Assembly: GCA_037447605.1 (NCBI GenBank)
Contig: CM074815.1
Span: forward strand, 1,364,001 to 1,428,000
Source of the DNA: Zygnema circumcarinatum SAG 698-1b
Taxonomy: Eukaryota; Plantae; Zygnematophyceae
Direction of reading: 5' to 3'
DNA length: 64,000 nt
The position numbers were made by a program, and so were the translations under genes. Each line of letters starts with the position of its first letter. Positions within the stretch are counted from its first letter, which is position 1. Below, one piece after another: positions 21,235 to 37,175 of the stretch. The notes under the pieces were generated by a model that saw nothing but the letters and a program-made list of their open reading frames with translations, did not search any database and was not told the origin of the DNA.

Positions 21235-24200
21235 ATGCCGGTGCCGGAGAGCCACGTGTCATCAGCTGAGGCCCTTGCCGGCGGCCCTTCTTCTCGGGCC
21301 CGAGCTCTCAGCCGCCATGACCGAGTGGCAGTATCAAACCTTCAACACGGCGCTTCCTTTGGAGCTGCTCCTCGTCAGCCAGCTGGCGCTCGGCAAAGCC
21401 AAACCGCCCTCCATCTGAACAAGAATAGGGTTTGGGCTCGTTGGTGGAACCGCCTAGTGCTGGGGCTGCTGCTGCTCCAATTGCCCCTCTTGGGCCTTTA
21501 CTTCTTGGGATCGCTTCCAGGCTTAGACGAAAGGATTAGTGGAAGATTGGCATACGTGACTCTTCTTTGTGACGAGAGCATGCTGGAGCCTTGCGCTGTG
21601 ATGGTACATTCTCTCCGACACAGCGGCACTATGAAAGACATTGTAGTGCTCGCAGGCAATGTTTCAGAAACAGCGCGTCGCACCTTGACCGTCCTTGGAG
21701 CTCAGGTGCAGGCAGTAAGCCTCCCTGTGCAATACTCTCCCCCGTCCGAGTTTAACGATGAAGAATTTGAGTACAGAGGCTGCCGATATGCAAAGCTGCT
21801 GCTTTGGAACCTGACAGCGTATGACAAGATTCTCTACCTCGACAGCGACATGCTCGTGCTGCGCCCTCTTGACCAGCTCTTCCAGCGCCCGGCCTTGGCG
21901 GCTGCGCCTAAGAGTATGCCTCCCGATCGCTTCAATAGTGGACTCATGCTGCTGCAGCCAAGTCAGAGCGTGTTTCTTGATATGATGACGCGCCTGAACA
22001 AAACGGCTGTTTCGGAGTTGGGGGATGAAGGTGAGCAAGGACCTTTTCCCATTTTATTCTGCACTCAATTAACCTGCTCGGGGGTTAAGCCCATTCCTGG
22101 GCTAAACACCGTTTGAACATCAAGGCTGCAGAGAACAGTGGATGGCAGCTCATCCGTTTTGCCTCGCTTCACAGATAGGACCTCAGACCATGTGAATATG
22201 AATTATCATCATCACCATCATCATGTAATGCTTGGACACAAGTGGGTGGCAAGTTGAACTCAAATGCAGATGGAATAAGAGGACGCAAGCAGAGCTGTCT
22301 CAATGTTATTAGGTTGCCGCTATTTCTAAAAATAAATAAATAACGGAAATAGTTCAATGCAGCAGTTTTCTTGCTGGAAGCCGACGGAAGCTAAAGTTTA
22401 ATAAAGGGGATGAGAGGGACGACCCTTACCATTTAGGAGAGAGCAGTTTGAGGGTCAAACAACTTCTCCGCCGTACACATTCAGGCCTCAACTTATGATG
22501 CAAGTGCTTGACGATTGCAGCTGAAAGTCATTTGGTGGGTAAATGGGTTTCAATTAAAAGAACATTATCCAATCTGGTCAGCTTTTTATTTACTCTAAAT
22601 GCAAGCAGCTTAACCGATTCTGCCTGCTTTTTCGAAAGGATTCTAGAGGGTTCTTGTGGTAGGCAAAGTCAAACTGGATGGCCGCTGAAAAGGTGCTTCA
22701 AGCGAGCAGGTGATCTGGATGCTTAGTGCATAAGTAGCGCAAAACAAGGTGGTGCAATGCACGATGTGCCGAGTCTGAGAGGCAGTTTTGAGGAGGTCGC
22801 AAGGTTTGCGGTCTGTTGGCTAGACAATCTTAGAGAGAGGTTGCTGGGAGGCCAAAAGGAGGAGGAGCATATGCTAAAGGATGAGCTATAAATCAGAGGT
22901 AACAAACTGTTAGTGGGAAACTGTCGTTAAACGTGGAGTATAAAGTTTATGTCCTTTATTTGGTTGCCCAATTGTGTAGGTGCAGAAATCCGGAGCATCT
23001 TTTGCAACTTACAGTTTCTGAAGCTTACAGAGCCTTTCTAGCAACTATAGAAGTGAGGGCGAGGAAATAATGAAAGCTTTACTTTGCAGAGAAATTCTAC
23101 AGGTCACAGTCTTAAAAATCTTGCATGAGGTAGTGTGGACATTGTAAGGGTGCCCACATTGTTAAGAACCTTGGCGCTGAAGTGTTGACACATGGAGACA
23201 TGTGTAAGGTCGGGTCGGATGTGGGAGAGGCCAGGGGGCGGTAGGCATGTTAACCGTAACAACATCGAGCTGACTGACTGATTGTCGGGAAAAGTGGTAT
23301 GGTGAGGATATTGCATTTTTCAGGTTCTGTCTTATAACAACGTGCAATCCAACGTGCATTTCCTTACCCAGCAAGTTGTTCATGAGGATAAAAGGTTGTA
23401 TAACATAGAATCTAGCTTTTGGAAACACTTTCTGTTTCATGAAGTCAACTTTAATGAGTCTATTATGGCCAAATGGACTGCACTCCGAGCAGCAATTGTG
23501 AGCATAACATATTCTGGAGTAATTTGGGCAGTCTCTACGTCGAACTCGAGGTTAGAGCGACACTGCAATGTCGGTTATGATCTTTAGGAGGGTCTGACAG
23601 ACTAACGCATTTCTTCACTCTCATCATTGTTATGCCGTGTGGATGGAGATTCCGGTGCGTGAAGGGGCTCTGAGAGGAGGTTTGAAGGACTGTGCAGGGT
23701 TCCTCAATGAGTACTTTAGCGAATGGTATCGGCAGGGGCCCGAGCACCACCTGGGGTATGGCTACAACGCGCATGTCCACATGGCGGCAGAGAGGTCGTG
23801 GCGGCCGTGGGTGGGCCCCCAACTCCATGTGCTACACTTCTCCGGAGCAGCAAAACCGTGGAACATGCGCATGGAAGCAGGCCGCCCTGCTGAACGCAAG
23901 TTCGATCGCTTTTGGTGGGCGGCGCTGTACTCCATGCATGAGACTTTGGCCAGGCAGGTGGGTTCAAAGACCCCTCTGTTAAACTGTACATTGCATTGCC
24001 ATTGTTCAATGCATGTGCATGCCATGGGTTATCGGGTCTTAAGGCCCTTTGCGATTGTAAGCTTTCCTAGCGTGGGTGGGCCTAAGGCTTTCAATCTTGA
24101 GCTTGGCAAAGTGTGCAGGGGCGTTCCACAGTGCAGCTGAGCCCTCAGTGCCGCAGCGATTTCATGGCGTATGGCCGCACATCCGATAAAACAATAGTGA

Positions 24201-25245
24201 AGAAGGAGAAGCTGAGTGTTCTACTGATGGCATTGGAGGAGAAGCCGGAGCTGGTGGGGTACTTGGTGAGGCAATACGTTGCGATGCGAATGGTGCATGC
24301 AGTCTATGTCATCCTCAGCAGTGCGCAAGGCGGCAAACAGGTGGGCTCAACCCTGTCTTAGAGCGTTCAGGACTCCATAGCAGTTCAGTGAAGGATGGTT
24401 CAACGGCGTGATGAGGACTAGTTTCTTTCTGCCTGCTCAAAGAGAATCAAAAAGCGTTTGAGCGTCCGATCGGTAACTGCATTTGTAGCTATCAAAAGTA
24501 GCGAGAGGAAGAAGAAGAGAAGAGAAGGAGAGAAGAAGTCCCTGCGAGTCGAGCTTGTTGAGAGCTTGCCCAGCCGAGACAATTTATCCCTCATTGTTTT
24601 GTAGATGCAGGCTAGTTAAATGACCAGGGGAACAAGGCAGGGTGCTGCAGGTGCAACTCGATTTTGGGCAAGATGGTGCCTCTATGCAGAAGACGGTGGA
24701 GGTAATCCGCGCCGCCCAGGGGAGCCCCAGTGAATTTTGGAAGCCCCTCAGGTAGTCTATTGTCCAGTAGGACCTTGCTCCTTCACAGTTCTGAGATGAG
24801 CAATTTTGCCTGTCCTAGGCGAGTACGCAAACAAGCTTGAACCCAACGTTACGTCGAATAGAACTTGAAGTTGAATTCGAAGCTGAAACGGATGTCACAT
24901 CATGCAGCTCTCTCGTTATGTCTTTGTGGCGCACTGAGGTTGGGGCAGGTCTCTGGAAACAGAGGCGGTGCTGGTGTGCAGTCCCACTGTGGAGGTGGCA
25001 GAGGCTGTGTTGGAAGTGGCCCTCCGCCGATGGAGAGATGGGCCCTTCCGCCTCGTGGGCTTCTTTCCTCGAGCACACTATCGCAGTGAGGGGGAGGAGG
25101 GAAGAGAGGCTTTGGTATACGTCAAAAGACCTCGCGTGGAGTATTCTATGGTGCTCTGCCGCATGGCTCTAATGCACGCCGACTACTTGCGAGCGTTTGC
25201 CTGCCAGACCCCTCCAGTTGGGACTCTCTCTCTCTCTCCCTCCCT

Positions 25246-25292
<47 letters not shown>

Positions 25293-28196
25293 NNNNNNNN
25301 NNCTCTCTCTCTCTCTCTCTCTTTCTCTCTCTATCTCTCTCTCTCGCTCTCTCCCTCTCTCTCTCTCTCTCTCCCTCTCTCTCTCTCTCGCTCCTTATGC
25401 TGCGTCTTTTCTTTATGATTACCTCTGGTGTAGTGTCACATTCTGCCTGTATCCCGAGCCTGTGCGTGCTTGTTTAGTTCCTCGTGGGCTGTGAAAGGAG
25501 TCATGAGCAGTCTTCATTTCTGCAGCTGAGTCGCTCCCTAAGAGAACTGCAGGGTCTCCTTGAGGCGGTGGATCGAAGCCCAGAATGCATGGATGTGGCC
25601 CTCAACTTCATGGTCTCTCACCTCTCCGGACTACCCCCACTGCTTGTGTTGGACCCCAGCAAGAGGGCCTTTGATTCTCCCATGGAAGCTGCAAGAGAAG
25701 CGAATGGATCCCGCTGTTTGGCAGCCATGGAGTCCTTTTGGGGATACACTCCCATAAAAAACACAAGTGAAGCCGTGGGAGTGTTCCTCAGCAGCCATTC
25801 GGTGCGCAGCAAATTGGAGGGTGCACGGGCACGTTCAATGGCTCTGCAGACTGACTGGGCGCCCATCTTTGATTTCAGCGGGAATGTATCTCGCCACATT
25901 GACGAGAATCTCAAGTTCATGCCTCTGGTCAGTGAAGGGACAAGTTCAAACCACTTTTTAGATAGGAATCTGTGTAAATGGTGCAGCTCTTTTTCTTAGC
26001 CAAGTCGCTTCAGGCATCTTCAATGTCTGCTTCCTTTCCTCCGTTATCGTGCAAAAAACCACCAGTATCTTCAGTTCGATTCTATTCCTCATTGCATTTG
26101 CGAAGATGTGCTTAAGGCGTTGCAGGCCGCATCCTTATCGACTCTATCCCTCACAGCAGTTCCTCGTTTTCCTGTCCCCTCTCTTCTCGCTTTGCCTTCT
26201 TCTTCTTCTTTGTCGTTTCCATTCTTTCCGTTTCCCCTTCACCTCCAACTCCTCCCTTCCCCCATTCTGCATGATTCTCGCCCCCCATTCTCAAATCATT
26301 TACATGAAATGTGGGCTGCTGTACAGGTCGAGATATCGCTGCATTCTCCGGAGCTATCTCTAGTCCCCTCTGAAGCCGCCTCTGGGATGGCTCTGCTTTG
26401 TATTTGTGGCAATGACACAAGCAAAGACGTTGATTCTCGAAATCTCTATGCCTTAGTCTCCACCGAAAGCGTTCCACCCAACGCCCTGCGCCTCCCCGGA
26501 ACAACCTTCGTCGCCATGTCACGTCACGGATTCGCCGACCGTCCTCTACAGCTGCGAGTGCTTCTAGGAAACTTCTTCCACTTCTGCGAGGACTATAAGG
26601 GCAGCTGCTTTCCCCCCAACCGTTTGCTTCTCTTCCGCAGAGGGGGGCTTGTCCCCACTCTGACGAAGGTCAGTTTGGGTTCTGCACAGGCCCTTTTGGG
26701 GCCCTCCATTCAGCCCATGAAGATGCCGGATGCCTCTACTCCCGTCTGCTTTGATCGCGCTGTAGTGGTTCGCCGAAATCGAGGAGAGCTTGCAGACCGA
26801 CCAGGCCTCCTTGCTCGCATGAGACGACACGTGTGGAGTTTCTGTGCGGGAGGGAAACTGCCCGCAGTGACACGTGTCACTGTCCTAGGGGATGAGCGAA
26901 CAGGGGGGCGAGGGCGGCTGCTGAATGCGGTGGAATTGGCGACGGAACTAAGGAATGTTTGTGGGACAAAGTGCCGGCCTCATAGGACAGCGCTCACAAT
27001 GAATGGAAGCTTCTGTCATCTGGTGGGCTGCCTTACGTTTCGGCAAGCCTTTTTCCTGCTTTAGCGTATGTGGGGGTTTGTTTCACCAGCATGTAGGAAG
27101 CTGTGAGGTTTTGAAGATGTCTATCAGAGCTTTTTCGTGCTTATCTAATCGCTTGCAATTGCACTGCAGTAGCCTTTTGCGTCTTCCAGACTTCCAACCT
27201 AGTTTCTTTTCCATTTTTCGTTCTCCACTCTGTGACATGCTGGCTAAATCTAATCCCACTCCCCCTTTTATTTCTTCATCTTCACCTCTCGATCAAAATT
27301 CCCTTCTTCTTGCCTCTCACTCTCTCCCGCTTGAAGGTATCAAATCAGAGCCCCTGCATGGCTGTTCTGTGCAGGTACGCTCTGTGAAGACGGCTGCCAT
27401 AGTGGTTGCTGCGCACGGCGAGGCCCTCGCCAGCAGCAGTCTCTTTATGACACCTGGCACACTGGTATTGGAGCTTGCTGCACCCTTGGACGGAGCCCCC
27501 AGTGAAGCTGCAATCTTAAAGGACTGTATGGTGGAGAAAGATGCTGCCGCCCTGGGGCTCCGTTGGATGCGCATGGTGATGCCGCCTGAGCTGCCTCGGC
27601 CAGAGAGAGGCTCTCGCTATGAAGTCCGGGCCAGCCTGTCTGCTGTGGGGCAGGCGGTTCTGGAGGAGCTGAAGACTCATGGTGGGATAATGAACCGTTC
27701 AAAGGATGGCTTGCATGTGGATCATTCTGCGGCTCTTGAAGAGAGGCCTCAGAATGAGAGTAGTACTGTGCAGAATCTGAGTCTGGCGGAGGACATACAT
27801 GCGGAATCGGATGTTGGAAAGGGGTGGAGGGATGGAGGAGGAGGAAGGGAAGAGAAGGGAGAGCTTCACCGTGGAGAGGGGACAGAAGTGGCGTTGGTAT
27901 CTGGGCAGGGCTGGCGCAGGAGTCTAAAGGCTGTCAACGCGCAAGACGACCGACGGGGGGCTTCCAAGGGAGGAGGGCGGAATGTGGGGCCGGCTCACGA
28001 AGACAACGAGCAGGTACATAGATTTGGAGGAGTTGGTGCTTTTAGAACTGCAGAGGGAGGAGCAGGTTGGAGCAAAGTAAACAATAGAAGTGAAGGTGGC
28101 AGAGGAGACTCGAATAGAGCCTCGTCGGGTAGACGGAAGTCGAAAGTTTTTGGAAGCAGGATACGGTTACGGAGACATATGCACACGGAGCACTAG
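21235..28196 (+). CDS. Putative type II membrane multi-domain glycosyltransferase: GT8 + GT64 (exostosin C/EPC1-like) + GT61 (DUF563)
   Basis: Predicted exons 21235-22030, 23698-23957, 24137-24340, 24651-24751, 24949-25216, 25526-25927, 26327-~27000, ~27375-28196. The first six junctions are GT-AG and phase-compatible. TM segment LVLGLLLLQLPLLGLYFL. GT8: YLDSDMLV, FNSGLM, GDEGFLNEYF, HFSGAAKPW. GT64: RLVGFFPRAH, YSMVL, CMDVALNFMV. GT61: R.LLNA.EL, IVVAAHGEAL...FMTPGTLVLE. Confidence 0.7.
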
Positions 28197-29549
28197 AATG
28201 TAGTCTTTTTTCTTCATGTAAATGTTCTTTTTTTAATGTATGTGATTTCCCTTAAAGAGTCTGTAAACTTTGTACTTTGGATGCCCTCTACAATTACAAT
28301 GCTCCTGTCCGTTTCTTGCCATGTCGTCTGTTCCATTACATAGTTTTGATACAACTTTCACAGCCTTCCTCTTTTCTGCCCTCCAGAAGGAAGTTTCACT
28401 CAGCATAGTTTGACGCCTTCGAAATCAGAGCAAGCTTTCCCGCAAAATTAGTTATAGCGCCTTTCAAAACAAATTCCAGTTACGAGCCATACTGAGTCAT
28501 ACAAGGAAAACCTTGGTCTAGATTTGGCAGCGCTTCCATGGAATAAAAAACCAGGAAAGGACAAACAGGTAAAAAACCAGTCACCTTCCAAGGATCTGTT
28601 ACCCATTGCAAGCCAGCCAGGCAAAATGGATAAAAGGGAAGCCATGACCATGCTGCCATAGCTTGTGTACCCATGGCTTCATACAAGTCCATGCCCACGA
28701 CTTCATGCATGCCATGGCATGACTTCATGTACAGTACGCCATGCTTCAGACATGCCTGCTTGGCATGCGTGACAGCACAAGGCGTTCACCTCCTGCAGGG
28801 ATTTCCAGGAGGAAGCCATTCGCACTGCCACCCTTTTTGAGGGGTGCAGAACTATGGCAGACGCAGTAATAACCATAGAAACCCTAATCGAGCAGCAGAA
28901 CGCCTGTCCAAAGCATGACAGTAAAGCGACCCGCATAGGGAACAAATCGAAAAGGAAGTACAGCAGGAGAGCCATGGGCCAGTGGAAGAGAAATGGAAAC
29001 CCTGAGAAACACCTGTGAAACGCATGTGGTGCCCGAAGCCACGTTATTCATTACGTACATTAGATCCTTGCAACAAATGCCAAATGCGCGGCAGCCTTGG
29101 CATCCAGAGGGGAGACCGCTCACCAAGGGGCACAAGCACCTGAGAGCACTTCTGGTCTCGTCCAGGTTTCAAACAGAGCCGCTAGCCTGCCTATCATGGC
29201 TGGTTGGCTGGCTAACCAAGCCAAGACTCGGTTACTATGGCCGAGCAGCGAATCTGAATCGAATCTTCTTGAAGTAGCCGAGAGAGTTTTCTAGAATCCT
29301 CAGCACAGACCGCATGACCAAACCTTGGAAATCACCAATTCTAAATTATGAGTCAGAGCCTGAACAGGGAGAGGCCCCCGTTTTAATTATGAGTAACCCT
29401 TTCTGAGCTCACAGACAGCTGCTGGCGTACTATCACTGATCAATAAGACATAGTAAAATGGGATCAATTTGGTCCATAAATGGGAACATGTACCAAATGA
29501 AGCTTTGTTTGGTGGACATCCTCGCTAGCTTGCTGAGGGCCGTCAAGAG

Positions 29550-32178
<2,629 letters not shown>

Positions 32179-33762
32179 TCAACCTATACAACCACCGTTA
32201 TTCCCTCCTCTACTTCCCGCAGCTCGTCTGGCCCTTCGCCCTCATGCCTATAATCGCGTCCTTTTCCTGCAATAGTGCCCGCCCTAACCGCCACCCTCCA
32301 AGACCTTCACTCCAGCAGACGCCCTTCCCTCCCTCCCCTCCTCATTCTCGCTTCATCCTCCCTTCCAGCCTCGCCCCTCCTTGCCCCCGTGCGTCCCCCT
32401 AACAAGCACCTATGGCTTCCCTTACCTCCCCTCCCCTCCCCTCCCTTCCTGCTCCTCCTGCAACAGGAGCCGGAGCAGGAAGGCGAGAGGAACGCCTGCC
32501 TGCCTGTCTGCCTGCCTGCCTGCAGGCTTCCCAAGGCCCGCCAGTCCTGTGAAATCGGACGGCCAGGACACGCCCTCCGTCCGCTCTACCCCATTATCAG
32601 CCGTCCGATCTGCTGGTGCCAAGGCGCTGGCGGGGCAGTTCCTCCAAATTTTCTCCCTCTCCCTCGCGCGCCCTCCGCCAGCTGGCGCGGATTCCGGGCT
32701 CCGGCGTGATCGCCGTATGGTACGGCCTCGAGGCATCGCCCAGCGCTGATATTTTTTTCTGACCGAACTTGGGGGAAAAGATTTTCCTGCCGCGGCGTCC
32801 GCCAATGGGAGCTCGCGACACAGGAAATTTTCGTTTTCGGAGCGGGCAGCCCGCGCGGGCGGGCGGGTTCCGTACGGCTTTTGCCGGGCGGTTGGCGGCC
32901 CGTGGCGCGAGTGCCTTTGGAGGCGTACGAACGGTGGGCGACCGTACGGGGATCAGTACGGCGATGGAACCGGGAAGACTTTCGTAACTGCATTTTTACT
33001 ACTTTTTTCAGCCAAAAAAAAGGGGAAACGCCCTACGGCTGCTCTGCAGAACGCCAACGGGACTGTAACTGTAGCTGAACGGGGGCGTAACTGAGATGAT
33101 ATGCTCATGGAGCCGGAGTCGTTCTCAGGCCCTCGTCCATGGCCGGGCTGTAGGGCTGAACAGTTTGTAACGAAAACCCACCGACTGCCGCATGATTACA
33201 GAGGCTTCAAAACCGGAGGCGGGAGGGGGAGGCAAGGAAGTGATCAACGTGGTAATGCACAGGAGCTTTTGAATGTTCTACTGCGAGATGTGTTGGCCAG
33301 CCAACAAGGGCAGGTAGAACTTTCCACCTTCTGCCTCATGCAGAACACAAATTTGGGTGTGGGGCCGGCGTTGCGGTGTGCCATTGGCCACCAAACTGTT
33401 GTTTGTTTAGGTACCTTTTTTGCACTCGTACTCGAGCTCGCAATTCATAACCGCAATTCGTAACAGCAATTGTTGCTATGTCGTTAGATTACGCTTGGAA
33501 AACGCCAGCAAAACTGAAAGTCATTTGGCCCAGGTTTGAAAAAACCAGCCTCAGCTAGATGAGAACGATATCGGCTGCATTGAAGCTGGTGATGGTGAAT
33601 GAACTATCTTCTAAAGGTGCAAAAAGTGGCTCTGTACTCCGAAAGCTTCTTGCTTCTTTTTACTGCTGCCTTCCTTTTTGGAAAACCGGGTTGTCCACGT
33701 GAGTGGTGATGAGCAGCCAGCAAAACGATAGTTCTGAGCAAATGTACCCAAGCCTCCTTCTG

Positions 33763-34241
33763 CTAAGCTCCCCAGAGCGATCGTGACGCTTGCTGATTGA
33801 AGCCTGTGTTTTGCTCAGACAAATTTTGTAGTCGGTTTTCAAGGTCCGCCGCCTGCAAGGACAACAAAGCACTTTGGTCGGAGACTAGAGTTTGGATACA
33901 TCAAGGCGTGTTGGGAGGTACTAACGGAAAACAAACCAGTGGTTTCTTCAATACCAAGCAATGGCATGAGCAGCAGCAGCTACACTACACGGTCATTGTC
34001 GCATGTAAAAAACCTCCGAAATGAGGCTCGTGAAGCATCAGGTAGGACCACCGAACGCACCTTCTCAACCACGCACATCAATGTTGTGAGCTGATTGTTG
34101 AGAATGAGGTGCACTGCCTCCAGAGGACTCGACCCCTCTGACGTGGCACTTTCGCCTCCCTGCACTCATCAAAGACATGTCCTGATTGAAACCTATGTAT
34201 TTACACCAATGATCACAAAGATGTTTTTAACGGGATGCATG

Positions 34242-34282
<41 letters not shown>

Positions 34283-37175
34283 ACTCTCTCTCTCTCTCAT
34301 GTCACCCCACGAACAGAAAGACGCCGTCTAATCGATAGCCCACAGAACACTTCAAAACAAAGCACTAAATGATGGACTGGATGCTCAAGAAACAAAGGAA
34401 AAAATACCTGGGGAGCATTGACGAGGCTAATGGCATCTCGAATCTTATTGCTGACTTTTTCCAACTCCTCTTCCACAAGCTGCGCCTGTTCATACCTGCT
34501 CCCTTTCAACTCTCCATTAGCATCCCATCGACTGTGGTGGCTGCAATATAAAGAAAATTGAAACAAAAGCGCTTCTACTGCAAACTGCTTATAGATAATG
34601 CAAATGGACTAAAATCGTTCCCGATTCAGTTAATCAATAAATCCTATGTCTACCACACGACATTTTACTGCTCAGATGTGGCTCCCTCCTCTTAAGGATT
34701 CACTCCTGTGTAGAAAGATTCAATTATTTAGCGAACTGACCACACCATCCTGAACATATGGAAGTGCAGATACAGAAGCAAGCTTACATCATATCACGTG
34801 TTGTAGCGGCATCGTCATCCACGAGCCTTTCCTGCTCATCCTGAAAAAGTTTTTCCGCTTCCTGTTCCATTCTCTGCAGGCATACGTCCACCTGGACAGA
34901 CAAAGGAGGGCACAGAAAAACCCAATGGAAGGCATTGGCAAACACACAAAAATGAAGGGTGCATAATGTAGGGTTGTTAAGTCTAAACAAGTGTTAGCTT
35001 CTATAAAAAACCATGCCTAACAACCTTCCTCAAAAGCGACAAAAGCAAACTGAAAGCTCTGTATGAGGTTTTGGAAGCGCACCTCCTGCTGGTGTATATC
35101 GATTAGATCCAATTGCTTTTCCAATCCATTCCGTGTTTCAGTCACAATGCCCACGTCCCTCTGTGTTCCTCCCGAGAAGCAACCGGTCAGCCCTTTTGCT
35201 ACCACACACTAATGCAGTCGACAATGCATGCCCTCCATGCCTTAAGGATAGAGCCATCACAGCCAAGTAGTAATCTTGAGTAGTAATCTTGAGCATACGC
35301 GCTGCTTCTCTGTTTAGAACGGGGAAATCTGAAAGGTTTGACTGCCCCAGCAAAGGTCAATACCCACCTGAAGTGCTACAAGTGCACTACGATTGGTCCG
35401 AATTCGCTGATCCCACTCTTGAAGTGCTTCAGCTTGCTGTCGGAAGGCGGCACACCGCGCCTCTAGCTCATAGCTCCATTCTCGTATAATCTGGAAAGCG
35501 GCATATCAAGCACATACATTTGCATGGAAAGAAATCAGCTCACGCAATCGGCAGCTCTCACTGGTTACATCCTCCTGAACAAGTTTCATCACTTTGCCAC
35601 CAAAGAATTACATTTTCACTTTCCGATCACAACAGCGGTACAGGAAATGCGGAAGATAACCAAACGACGCAAAAAAAAACAGCACAAAACGATTTGAAAC
35701 GTTGCGACTCCCCCGTTCATGCATTCAATATTGGCTAACATCTTGGCAGGACGTACCTCCTCAACGGTTTTCCCCTTGATTTCAGACGGAGGTTTAATTG
35801 GCTGAGATAATGGAGCTGCGCTTGGAGCCGCAGCCGCCATAGTTCTGTTAAAGACATGCACCTCCCGGTTAGTAGCTTGAAGCTTAATAGCCGAGTGGCA
35901 CAAGTTGATCTTCCCGGACAAATCCACTTTGAAGTGGGCTTTTGCACGAGGAACTATGGCTCCACAGCTTCGACAAACATGTTAATACTGATTCTTAACA
36001 CTGGGCCATCTGACTGTATATGCGTACAACCACTACTCACAGCATCCACAAAAAGACCTCGTTAACATACACCCGAAAAGGTGTAGCTTCAGCAGCCCGA
36101 CTCGCAGCATAGACAATAGTCCAACAGAAAGATTAAAACGGCCAGTAGCACTTCTACTTGCCAGTGACCTTAAACATGGCAGACGAGTCTAAAGCAGCTC
36201 AAAGTCTCTCATATGGAGCTGCGAATTTCAAATGTCAAAAGAGGAATGGTTAAAACAGAATTTTCCATACCCAAAAGCTGAACTGGAAGCAACGGCAGAC
36301 GAAGACCCACTTGCTGTGGCTCCGACCACTCCGAATGAAGATGCCAATGAAGAAGTTCCCGCAGCAGGAGTGGTAGAAGTGAGGGGTGCTGAGACAGTCC
36401 CAAATGCAAATGGTGGTCCAGTTGCAAGAGAAGCTGCTGATGCAGAAGTTGGTGATGATGCTCCAGAAATTGCTGGCCAGCTCTGGGCAGCGCCGGCAAC
36501 GGGACTTGCAGTCAGACTCGGAGTCGAGGCGGTGGCAGCAAAAGTACCAATTGAAAGGGGAGATGCTGAGGTCGGGGTTGATCCAAAGAGGGGAGAGGCT
36601 GAGCATAGAGATGAGGAGCTGGTGGGCCCGGTGGTGTTTGGAGTTCCCACAAAACTTAAGCCGGAAGATGCAGCAAGATCTGATCCATCTTGACCTTCGA
36701 CTGGAGGGGCACTTGCGGCAGGTGTAATGGCGTTGGCCAAAGAGGAGAATAGTGAAAATGTTGTCGCACTTCCGAGCGGAAGCAAAGGCGAGGAAGAAGT
36801 CAGGGCACCGAACGGTGAAGAAGCTGGGGACGCTGTTGAGCCGGACGTTGTGGAGACTCCTCCCGTCCCGGGCAGAGAAGTTCCAGAAATTCCACCGGAA
36901 GTTGAAGTCCCAGAGGCTGTTCCTTGTGCGGGAGAATCTCCCCCGAAAGCTGGGGTTGTGCCGGGTGCGCCGAATCTGAAAGCAGTGGCTGAATCAGACG
37001 AGGTTTGCCCTGGTGGAGGCGCTCCGGACCTGCAACAAAGGAGCGCGAGAAGCAGCAGGAAAGAAAGGTGAGGAAATTGTCAACTCAATTGAATAGCAGC
37101 AAAATTTGACAAACGATTCAAGAAAAACCAGGAAGAAAGAGGAAGGAAGAACCGGGACCTCGGCGTGAGCGCCAT
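33763..37175 (-). CDS. NUP62: Nucleoporin NUP62/Nsp1 (FG-rich N-terminus plus Nsp1_C coiled coil); first exon unresolved
   Basis: Large S/T/A/G and FG-rich exon ~36270-37029, then exons PSEIKGKTVEE, IIREWSYELEARCAAFRQQAEALQEWDQRI, LEKQLDLIDIHQQE, MEQEAEKLFQDEQERLVDDDAATTRDMM, YEQAQLVEEEL, ILNNQLTTLMCVVEK, AADLENRLQNL...stop at 33763. Confidence 0.93.

Noticed and set aside
22031-22040. Possible non-canonical GA donor giving GEQGFLNE in the GT8 domain
   Set aside because: The canonical GT donor at 22031 already gives an in-phase GDEGFLNEYF that matches the family motif.
28200-29540. Several short ORFs and CATG-rich repeats between the GT and ROP genes
   Set aside because: No recognisable motifs; consistent with convergent 3' UTR or intergenic sequence.
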